Assembly: GCA_051362555.1 (NCBI GenBank)
Contig: JBPQGU010000016.1
Location: 3,534,001-3,598,000, forward strand
Reading direction: 5' to 3'
Length of the DNA stretch: 64,000 nt
Source of the DNA: Lingula anatina
Lineage: Eukaryota; Animalia; Brachiopoda
The position numbers were made by a program, and so were the translations under genes. Positions 53,401-64,000 of the stretch are shown here, piece after piece; the first letter of the stretch is position 1, and each line of letters begins with the position of its first letter. The notes under the pieces were generated by a model. That model did not search any database. It was not told the origin of the DNA and saw nothing but the letters and a program-made list of their open reading frames with translations.

Positions 53401-56400
53401 TCGTCACTTTTTGGAAAAATCGGAGATGGGTCGATTTTTGGTGATTTTGAGTGATTTTGAACAGTGCCGGCACTGTGAGATTTCTTCAATTTTGGCCAGG
53501 TAGGGATGAAAAATTTTTTTCTTCATTATAGTGTCAGGTAGGTGTGTTCGGTCATTTGTAGTAAGAATAAAGTGCTGGAAGAGTGGTGGTGTCAACATTA
53601 AGGAAGAAATAGAGCAAAAACTCTGTCTCCCCCCCCCCCCCTTCTCAGATTCTGTTCTCAGAGCTTATTTTTGGATCATCTTTAAAGCTAGAATTGAGGG
53701 CCTTCATGAAGTGACCCGGGCGCGTTTCCACATTTTTTATGAATGACAGATGTGGTAGATTGATTTTCGTCACTTTTGGGAAAAATCGGAGACGGGTAGT
53801 AAGAATAAAGTGCTGGAAGAGTGGTGGTGTCTTCAATTGAGATTTCTTCAATTTTGGCCAGGTAGGGATGAAAAATTTTTTTCTTCATTATAGTGTCAGG
53901 TAGGTGTGTTCGGTCATTTGTAGTAAGAATAAAGTGCTGGAAGAGTGGTGGTGTCAACATTAAGGAAGAAATAGAGCAAAAACTCTGTCTCCCCCCCCCC
54001 CCCCCCCTTCTCAGATTCTGTTCTCAGAGCTTATTTTTGGATCATCTTTAAAGCTAGAATTGAGGGCCTTCATGAAGTGACCCGGGCGCGTTTCCACATT
54101 TTTTATGAATGACAGATGTGGTAGATTGATTTTCGTCACTTTTGGGAAAAATCGGAGACGGGTCGATTTTTGGTGATTGTGAGTGATTTTGAACAGTGCC
54201 GGAACTGTGAGATTTCTTCAATTTTGGCCAGGTAGGGATGAAAAATTTTTTTCTTCATTATAGTGTCATGTAGGTGTGTTCGGTCATTTGTAGTAAGAAT
54301 AAAGTACTGGAAGAGTGGTGGTGTCAACATTAAGGAAGAAATAGAGCAAAAACTCTGTCTCCCCCCCCCCCTCTCAGATTCTGTTCTCAGAGCTTATTTT
54401 TGGATCATCTTTAAAGCTAGAATTGAGGGCCTTCATGAAGTGACCCGGGCGCGTTTCCACATTTTTTATGAATGACAGATGTGGTAGATTGATTTTCGTC
54501 ACTTTTTGGAAAAATCGGAGACGGGTCGATTTTTGGTGATTTTGAGTGATTTTGAACAGTGCCGGCACTGTGAGATTTCTTCAATTTTGGCCAGGTAGGG
54601 ATGAAAAATTTTTTCTTCATTATAGTGTCAGGTAGGTGTGTTTGGTCATTTGTAGTAAGAATAAAGTGCTGGAAGAGTGGTGGTGTCAACATTAAGGAAG
54701 AAATAGAGCAAAAACTCTGTCTCCCCCCCCCCCCCTCTCAGATTCTGTTCTCAGAGCTTATTTTTGGATCATCTTTAAAGCTAGAATTGAGGGCCTTCAT
54801 GAAGTGACCCGGGCGCGTTTCCACATTTTTTATGAATGACAGATGTGGTAGATTGATTTTCGTCACTTTTTGGAAAAATCGGAGATGGGTCGATTTTTGG
54901 TGATTTTGAGTGATTTTGAACAGTGCCGGCACTGTGAGATTTCTTCAATTTTGGCCAGGTAGGGATGAAAAATTTTTTTCTTCATTATAGTGTCAGGTAG
55001 GTGTGTTCGGTCATTTGTAGTAAGAATAAAGTGCTGGAAGAGTGGTGGTGTCAACATTAAGGAAGAAATAGAGCAAAAACTCTGTCTCCCCCCCCCCCCC
55101 CCCCTTCTCAGATTCTGTTCTCAGAGCTTATTTTTGGATCATCTTTAAAGCTAGAATTGAGGGCCTTCATGAAGTGACCCGGGCGCGTTTCCACATTTTT
55201 TATGAATGACAGATGTGGTAGATTGATTTTCGTCACTTTTGGGAAAAATCGGAGACGGGTCGATTTTTGGTGATTGTGAGTGATTTTGAACAGTGCCGGA
55301 ACTGTGAGATTTCTTCAATTTTGGCCAGGTAGGGATGAAAAATTTTTTTCTTCATTATAGTGTCAGGTAGGTGTGTTCGGTCATTTGTAGTAAGAATAAA
55401 GTGCTGGAAGAGTGGTGGTGTCAACATTAAGGAAGAAATAGAGCAAAAACTCTGTCTCCCCCCCCCTCTCAGATTCTGTTCTCAGAGCTTATTTTTGGAT
55501 CATCTTTAAAGCTAGAATTGAGGGCCTTCATGAAGTGACCCGGGCGCGTTTCCACATTTTTTATGAATGACAGATGTGGTAGATTGATTTTCGTCACTTT
55601 TTGGAAAAATCGGAGACGGGTCGATTTTTGGTGATTTTGAGTGATTTTGAACAGTGCCGGCACTGTGAGATTTCTTCAGTTTTGGCCAGGTAGGGATGAA
55701 AAATTTTTTTCTTCATTATAGTGTCAGGTAGGTGTGTTCGGTCATTTGTAGTAAGAATAAAGTGCTGGAAGAGTGGTGGTGTCAACATTAAGGAAGAAAT
55801 AGAGCAAAAACTCTGTCTCCCCCCCCCCCCCCTTCTCAGATTCTGTTCTCAGAGCTTATTTTTGGATCATCTTTAAAGCTAGAATTGAGGGCCTTCATGA
55901 AGTGACCCGGGCGCGTTTCCACATTTTTTATGAATGACAGATGTGGTAGATTGATTTTCGTCACTTTTTGGAAAAATCGGAGACGGGTCGATTTTTGGTG
56001 ATTGTGAGTGATTTTGAACAGTGCCGGCACTGTGAGATTTCTTCAATTTTGGCCAGGTAGGGATGAAAAATTTTTTTCTTCATTATAGTGTCAGGTAGGT
56101 GTGTTCAGTCATTTGTAGTAAGAATAAAGTGCTGGAAGAGTGGTGGTGTCAACATTAAGGAAGAAATAGAGCAAAAACTCTGTCTCCCCCCCCCTCTCAG
56201 ATTCTGTTCTCAGAGCTTATTTTTGGATCATCTTTAAAGCTAGAATTGAGGGCCTTCATGAAGTGACCCGGGCGCGTTTCCACATTTTTTATGAATGACA
56301 GATGTGGTAGATTGATTTTCGTCACTTTTTGGAAAAATCGGAGACGGGTCGATTTTTGGTGATTTTGAGTGATTTTGAACAGTGCCGGCACTGTGAGATT

Positions 56401-59400
56401 TCTTCAATTTTGGCCAGGTAGGGATGAAAAATTTTTTCTTCATTATAGTGTCATGTAGGTGTGTTCGGTCATTTGTAGTAAGAATAAAGTGCTGGAAGAG
56501 TGGTGGTGTCAACATTAAGGAAGAAATAGAGCAAAAACTCTGTCTCCCCCCCCCCTCTCAGATTCTGTTCTCAGAGCTTATTTTTGGATCATCTTTAAAG
56601 CTAGAATTGAGGGCCTTCATGAAGTGACCCGGGCGCGTTTCCACATTTTTTATGAATGACAGATGTGGTAGATTGATTTTCGTCACTTTTTGGAAAAATC
56701 GGAGATGGGTCGATTTTTGGTGATTTTGAGTGATTTTGAACAGTGCCGGCACTGTGAGATTTCTTCAATTTTGGCCAGGTAGGGATGAAAAATTTTTTTC
56801 TTCATTATAGTGTCAGGTAGGTGTGTTCGGTCATTTGTAGTAAGAATAAAGTGCTGGAAGAGTGGTGGTGTCAACATTAAGGAAGAAATAGAGCAAAAAC
56901 TCTGTCTCCCCCCCCCCCCCCCTTCTCAGATTCTGTTCTCAGAGCTTATTTTTGGATCATCTTTAAAGCTAGAATTGAGGGCCTTCATGAAGTGACCCGG
57001 GCGCGTTTCCACATTTTTTATGAATGACAGATGTGGTAGATTGATTTTCGTCACTTTTGGGAAAAATCGGAGACGGGTAGTAAGAATAAAGTGCTGGAAG
57101 AGTGGTGGTGTCTTCAATTGAGATTTCTTCAATTTTGGCCAGGTAGGGATGAAAAATTTTTTTCTTCATTATAGTGTCAGGTAGGTGTGTTCGGTCATTT
57201 GTAGTAAGAATAAAGTGCTGGAAGAGTGGTGGTGTCAACATTAAGGAAGAAATAGAGCAAAAACTCTGTCTCCCCCCCCCCCCTTCTCAGATTCTGTTCT
57301 CAGAGCTTATTTTTGGATCATCTTTAAAGCTAGAATTGAGGGCCTTCATGAAGTGACCCGGGCGCGTTTCCACATTTTTTATGAATGACAGATGTGGTAG
57401 ATTGATTTTCGTCACTTTTGGGAAAAATCGGAGACGGGTCGATTTTTGGTGATTGTGAGTGATTTTGAACAGTGCCGGAACTGTGAGATTTCTTCAATTT
57501 TGGCCAGGTAGGGATGAAAAATTTTTTTCTTCATTATAGTGTCAGGTAGGTGTGTTCGGTCATTTGTAGTAAGAATAAAGTGCTGGAAGAGTGGTGGTGT
57601 CAACATTAAGGAAGAAATAGAGCAAAAACTCTGTCTCCCCCCCCCTCTCAGATTCTGTTCTCAGAGCTTATTTTTGGATCATCTTTAAAGCTAGAATTGA
57701 GGGCCTTCATGAAGTGACCCGGGCGCGTTTCCACATTTTTTATGAATGACAGATGTGGTAGATTGATTTTCGTCACTTTTTGGAAAAATCGGAGACGGGT
57801 CGATTTTTGGTGATTTTGAGTGATTTTGAACAGTGCCGGCACCGTGAGATTTCTTCAATTTTGGCCAGGTAGGGATGAAAAATTTTTTTCTTCATTATAG
57901 TGTCAGGTAGGTGTGTTCGGTCATTTGTAGTAAGAATAAAGTGCTGGAAGAGTGGTGGTGTCAACATTAAGGAAGAAATAGAGCAAAAACTCTGTCTCCC
58001 CCCCCCCCCTTCTCAGATTCTGTTCTCAGAGCTTATTTTTGGATCATCTTTAAAGCTAGAATTGAGGGCCTTCATGAAGTGACCCGGGCGCGTTTCCACA
58101 TTTTTTATGAATGACAGATGTGGTAGATTGATTTTCGTCACTTTTTGGAAAAATCGGAGACGGGTCGATTTTTGGTGATTGTGAGTGATTTTGAACAGTG
58201 CCGGCACTGTGAGATTTCTTCAATTTTGGCCAGGTAGGGATGAAAAATTTTTTTCTTCATTATAGTGTCAGGTAGGTGTGTTGAGTCATTTGTAGTAAGA
58301 ATAAAGTGCTGGAAGAGTGGTGGTGTCAACATTAAGGAAGAAATAGAGCAAAAACTCTGTCTCCCCCCTCCCTCTCAGATTCTGTTCTCAGAGCTTATTT
58401 TTGGATCATCTTTAAAGCTAGAATTGAGGGCCTTCATGAAGTGACCCGGGCGCGTTTCCACATTTTTTATGAATGACAGATGTGGTAGATTGATTTTCCT
58501 CACTTTTTGGAAAAATCGGAGACGGGTCGATTTTTGGTGATTTTGAGTGATTTTGAACAGTGCCGGCACTGTGAGATTTCTTCAATTTTGGCCAGGTAGG
58601 GATGAAAAATTTTTTTCTTCATTATAGTGTCAGGTAGGTGTGTTCGGTCATTTGTAGTAAGAATAAAGTGCTGGAAGAGTGGTGGTGTCAACATTAAGGA
58701 AGAAATAGAGCAAAAACTCTGTCTCCCCCCCCCTCTCAGATTCTGTTCTCAGAGCTTATTTTTGGATCATCTTTAAAGCTAGAATTGAGGGCCTTCATGA
58801 AGTGACCCGGGCGCGTTTCCACATTTTTTATGAATGACAGATGTGGTAGATTGATTTTCGTCACTTTTTGGAAAAATCGGAGACGGGTCGATTTTTGGTG
58901 ATTTTGAGTGATTTTGAACAGTGCCGGCACTGTGAGATTTCTTCAATTTTGGCCAGGTAGGGATGAAAAATTTTTTTCTTCATTATAGTGTCAGGTAGGT
59001 GTGTTCGGTCATTTGTAGTAAGAATAAAGTGCTGGAAGAGTGGTGGTGTCAACATTAAGGAAGAAATAGAGCAAAAACTCTGTCTCCCCCCCCCCTCTCA
59101 GATTCTGTTCTCAGAGCTTATTTTTGGATCATCTTTAAAGCTAGAATTGAGGTCCTTCATGAAGTGACCCGGGCGCGTTTCCACATTTTTTATGAATGAC
59201 AGATGTGGTAGATTGATTTTCGTCACTTTTTGGAAAAATCGGAGACGGGTCGATTTTTGGTGATTTTGAGTGATTTTGAACAGTGCCGGCACTGTGAGAT
59301 TTCTTCAATTTTGGCCAGGTAGGGATGAAAAATTTTTTTCTTCATTATAGTGTCAGGTAGGTGTGTTCGGTCATTTGTAGTAAGAATAAAGTGCTGGAAG

Positions 59401-62400
59401 AGTGGTGGTGTCAACATTAAGGAAGAAATAGAGCAAAAACTCTGTCTCCCCCCCCCTCTCAGATTCTGTTCTCAGAGCTTATTTTTGGATCATCTTTAAA
59501 GCTAGAATTGAGGGCCTTCATGAAGTGACCCGGGCGCGTTTCCACATTTTTTATGAATGACAGATGTGGTAGATTGATTTTCGTCACTTTTGGGAAAAAT
59601 CGGAGACGGGTCGATTTTTGGTGATTGTGAGTGATTTTGAACAGTGCCGGCACTGTGAGATTTCTTCAATTTTGGCCAGGTAGGGATGAAAAATTTTTTT
59701 CTTCATTATAGTGTCAGGTAGGTGTGTTCGGTCATTTGTAGTAAGAATAAAGTGCTGGAAGAGTGGTGGTGTCAACATTAAGGAAGAAATAGAGCAAAAA
59801 CTCTGTCTCCCCCCCCCCCTCTCAGATTCTGTTCTCAGAGCTTATTTTTGGATCATCTTTAAAGCTAGAATTGAGGGCCTTCATGAAGTGACCCGGGCGC
59901 GTTTCCACATTTTTTATGAATGACAGATGTGGTAGATTGATTTTCCTCACTTTTTGGAAAAATTGGAGACGGGTCGATTTTTGGTGATTTTGAGTGATTT
60001 TGAACAGTGCCGGCACTGTGAGATTTCTTCAATTTTGGCCAGGTAGGGATGAAAAATTTTTTTCTTCATTATAGTGTCAGGTAGGTGTGTTCGGTCATTT
60101 GTAGTAAGAATAAAGTGCTGGAAGAGTGGTGGTGTCAACATTAAGGAAGAAATAGAGCAAAAACTCTGTCTCCCCCCCCCTCTCAGATTCTGTTCTCAGA
60201 GCTTATTTTTGGATCATCTTTAAAGCTAGAATTGAGGGCCTTCATGAAGTGACCCGGGCGCGTTTCCACATTTTTTATGAATGACAGATGTGGTAGATTG
60301 ATTTTCGTCACTTTTTGGAAAAATCGGAGACGGGTCGATTTTTGGTGATTTTGAGTGATTTTGAACAGTGCCGGCACTGTGAGATTTCTTCAATTTTGGC
60401 CAGGTAGGGATGAAAAATTTTTTTCTTCATTATAGTGTCAGGTAGGTGTGTTCGGTCATTTGTAGTAAGAATAAAGTGCTGGAAGAGTGGTGGTGTCAAC
60501 ATTAAGGAAGAAATAGAGCAAAAACTCTGTCTCCCCCCCCCCCTCTCAGATTCTGTTCTCAGAGCTTATTTTTGGATCATCTTTAAAGCTAGAATTGAGG
60601 GCCTTCATGAAGTGACCCGGGCGCGTTTCCACATTTTTTATGAATGACAGATGTGGTAGATTGATTTTCGTCACTTTTTGGAAAAATCGGAGACGGGTCG
60701 ATTTTTGGTGATTGTGAGTGATTTTGAACAGTGCCGGCACTGTGAGATTTCTTCAATTTTGGCCAGGTAGGGATGAAAAATTTTTTTCTTCATTATAGTG
60801 TCAGGTAGGTGTGTTCGGTCATTTGTAGTAAGAATAAAGTGCTGGAAGAGTGGTGGTGTCAACATTAAGGAAGAAATAGAGCAAAAACTCTGTCTCCCCC
60901 CCCCTCTCAGATTCTGTTCTCAGAGCTTATTTTTGGATCATCTTTAAAGCTAGAATTGAGGGCCTTCATGAAGTGACCCGGGCGCGTTTCCACATTTTTT
61001 ATGAATGACAGATGTGGTAGATTGATTTTTGTCACTTTTTGGAAAAATCGGAGACGGGTCGATTTTTGGTGATTTTGAGTGATTTTGAACAGTGCCGGCA
61101 CTGTGAGATTTCTTCAATTTTGGCCAGGTAGGGATGAAAAATTTTTTTCTTCATTATAGTGTCAGGTAGGTGTGTTCGGTCATTTGTAGTAAGAATAAAG
61201 TGCTGGAAGAGTGGTGGTGTCAACATTAAGGAAGAAATAGAGCAAAAACTCTGTCTCCCCCCCCCTCTCAGATTCTGTTCTCAGAGCTTATTTTTGGATC
61301 ATCTTTAAAGCTAGAATTGAGGGCCTTCATGAAGTGACCCGGGCGCGTTTCCACATTTTTTATGAATGACAGATGTGGTAGATTGATTTTCGTCACTTTT
61401 TGGAAAAATCGGAGACGGGTCGATTTTTGGTGATTTTGAGTGATTTTGAACAGTGCCGGCACTGTGAGATTTCTTCAATTTTGGCCAGGTAGGGATAAAA
61501 AATTTTTTTCTTCATTATAGTGTCAGGTAGGTGTGTTCGGTCATTTGTAGTAAGAATAAAGTGCTGGAAGAGTGGTGGTGTCAACATTAAGGAAGAAATA
61601 GTGCAAAAACTCTGTCTCCCCCCCCCTCTCAGATTCTGTTCTCAGAGCTTATTTTTGGATCATCTTTAAAGCTAGAATTGAGGGCCTTCATGAAGTGACC
61701 CGGGCGCGTTTCCACATTTTTTATGAATGACAGATGTGGTAGATTGATTTTCGTCACTTTTTGGAAAAATCGGAGACGGGTCGATTTTTGGTGATTTTGA
61801 GTGATTTTGAACAGTGCCGGCACTGTGAGATTTCTTCAATTTTGGCCAGGTAGGGATGAAAAATTTTTTTCTTCATTATAGTGTCAGGTAGGTGTGTTCG
61901 GTCATTTGTAGTAAGAATAAAGTGCTGGAAGAGTGGTGGTGTCAACATTAAGGAAGAAATAGAGCAAAAACTCTGTCTCCCCCCCCCTCTCAGATTCTGT
62001 TCTCAGAGCTTATTTTTGGATCATCTTTAAAGCTAGAATTGAGGGCCTTCATGAAGTGACCCGGGCGCGTTTCCACATTTTTTATGAATGACAGATGTGG
62101 TAGATTGATTTTCGTCACTTTTTGGAAAAATCGGAGACGGGTCGATTTTTGGTGATTTTGAGTGATTTTGAACAGTGCCGGCACTGTGAGATTTCTTCAA
62201 TTTTGGCCAGGTAGGGATGAAAAATTTTTTTCTTCATTATAGTGTCAGGTAGGTGTGTTCGGTCATTTGTAGTAAGAATAAAGTGCTGGAAGAGTGGTGG
62301 TGTCAACATTAAGGAAGAAATAGAGCAAAAACTCTGTCTCCCCCCCCCTCTCAGATTCTGTTCTCAGAGCTTATTTTTGGATCATCTTTAAAGCTAGAAT

Positions 62401-64000
62401 TGAGGGCCTTCATGAAGTGACCCGGGCGCGTTTCCACATTTTTTATGAATGACAGATGTGGTAGATTGATTTTCGTCACTTTTTGGAAAAATCGGAGACG
62501 GGTCGATTTTTGGTGATTTTGAGTGATTTTGAACAGTGCCGGCACTGTGAGATTTCTTCAATTTTGGCCAGGTAGGGATGAAAAATTTTTTTCTTCATTA
62601 TAGTGTCAGGTAGGTGTGTTCGGTCATTTGTAGTAAGAATAAAGTGCTGGAAGAGTGGTGGTGTCAACATTAAAGCAATAATAACTCTTCCTTTGAGATT
62701 CAAAAATCCGCATGAAATACATTGTAAAAAACGCATGGAAATATATTCTATTGTATTTTACCACTAAAACGGCCGTTATTGTAGGAAAACTAAAATCTGT
62801 GCTTGTCAATAGGGCTTACGATGCCTTTTTTCCGGTCGACAAGTGCATTCGTTGCTAATGACGTAATGGTGTCACGCGGATTCTCGCGTTCATTCGAGAC
62901 CAAAATAACATGGCGCCAAACGCATTAGTGCAGACGCAGACGTAAGTTGCGAGTTTTTGTACAGTGCGTCGGATAACGAAAAGCCCAGAATGGCACACAT
63001 TGTGGATATAAATGCATTTTTAACAAAAAGACGAATATATCTCATGAATCTTATATAGTGTTGTTGTTGTCTGCTTTTCCCGCGGTTTTAAGTAGGTCAC
63101 AAGTGACTTTGCAATGTCAGAGAGAGCTCCGTCAGTTAAAATCTCTTAAGAGATTTTAACAAAAAACCGTACGTTTAGGAAAAAAACCCTGGTTTAACTT
63201 TGAATGCAGGAATGGGGTCGTTGGCCATTGGTAAGTACGGGAAAATTGCCGTTTTTTCCAGGAAAATCCAATTTTTGGCCAAAACGAAGAGTTATTATGA
63301 CTTTAAGGAAGAAATAGAGCAAAAACTCTGTCTCCCCCCCCCTCTCAGATTCTGTTCTCAGAGCTTATTTTTGGATCATCTTTAAAGCTAGAATTGAGGG
63401 CCTTCATGAAGTGACCCGGGCGCGTTTCCACATTTTTTATGAATGACAGATGTGGTAGATTGATTTTCGTCACTTTTAGGAAAAATCGGAGACGGGTCGA
63501 TTTTTGGTGATTTTGAGTGATTTTGAACAGTGCCGGCACTGTGAGATTTCTTCAATTTTGGCCAGGTAGGGATGAAAAATTTTTTTCTTCATTATAGTGT
63601 CAGGTAGGTGTGTTCGGTCATTTGTAGTAAGAATAAAGTGCTGGAAGAGTGGTGGTGTCAACATTAAGGAAGAAATAGAGCAAAAACTCTGTCTCCCCCC
63701 CCCCTCTCAGATTCTGTTCTCAGAGCTTATTTTTGGATCATCTTTAAAGCTAGAATTGAGGGCCTTCATGAAGTGACCCGGGCGCGTTTCCACATTTTTT
63801 ATGAATGACAGATGTGGCAGATTGATTTTTGTCACTTTTTGGAAAAATCGGAGACGGGTCGATTTTTGGTGATTTTGAGTGATTTTGAACAGTGCCGGCA
63901 CTGTGAGATTTCTTCAATTTTGGCCAGGTAGGGATGAAAAATTTTTTTCTTCATTATAGTGTCAGGTAGGTGTGTTCGGTCATTTGTAGTAAGAATAAAG
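23414..64000. repeat. ~362-bp satellite DNA, right array (subfamily B), ~110 highly similar copies, runs off the window end
   Basis: Continuous monomers of ~360-372 bp, with length varying mainly in a poly-C tract. Diagnostic alleles ttgagggccttcatg, gacagatgtgg and aaactctgtc. Interrupted once at 62674-63302. Confidence 0.99.
62674..63302. mobile_element. 629-bp Kolobok-type non-autonomous element (candidate KolobokP solo LTDR) inserted in the satellite
   Basis: TTAA duplicated (62670-62673 and 63303-63306). Termini AG...CT. 17-bp TIR agcaataataactcttc versus agtcataataactcttc (15/17). The satellite resumes exactly in phase. Confidence 0.88.

Noticed and set aside
23410-64000. Hundreds of 60-106 aa ORFs (MPALFKITQ..., MLTPPLFQH..., MSGRCVRSF...)
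   Set aside because: They recur only because the satellite recurs, overlap on both strands, mostly use non-ATG starts, shift frame with the C-tract and show no recognisable domain.
23414-64000. CRISPR array, or tandem tRNA/5S/snRNA gene cluster
   Set aside because: There are no unique spacers and no cas genes, the context is eukaryotic, and I recognise no cloverleaf, A/B box or known RNA gene sequence in the monomer.

Overview
AT-rich animal (probably invertebrate) heterochromatin-like DNA with no intact host gene that I can support. About two thirds of the window is a ~362-bp tandem satellite: the end of one array (1-~1759) and a second, separately homogenised array (23414-64000, ~110 monomers) with local 3-, 4-, 8- and 9-monomer duplications. 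All ~60-90 aa ORFs in the satellite are artefacts of the repeat. Between the arrays lies a ~21.6-kb island of decayed mobile elements: two convergent tyrosine-recombinase (DIRS/Ngaro-like) retrotransposon relics, a spliced Kolobok-type DDE transposase pseudogene, a 2.9-kb non-autonomous TIR element with a 9-bp TSD, several MITEs (5-bp-TSD CAGGGGCGG family, a foldback PIF/Harbinger-like MITE, a CCC/TA MITE), Helentron-like fragments, a LINE 3' end, a 34-bp minisatellite and microsatellites. The most notable items are (i) a clean 629-bp AG...CT insertion with a TTAA TSD inside the satellite that looks like a Kolobok element, possibly a KolobokP-type solo long terminal direct repeat with a bidirectional promoter, (ii) evidence that the 362-bp satellite is an ancient dimer of a ~180-bp unit with a diverged relic at 5.2-5.5 kb, and (iii) a templated chimeric monomer that was later copied 9 monomers away. 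All calls come from reading the sequence by eye; no database searches were run.
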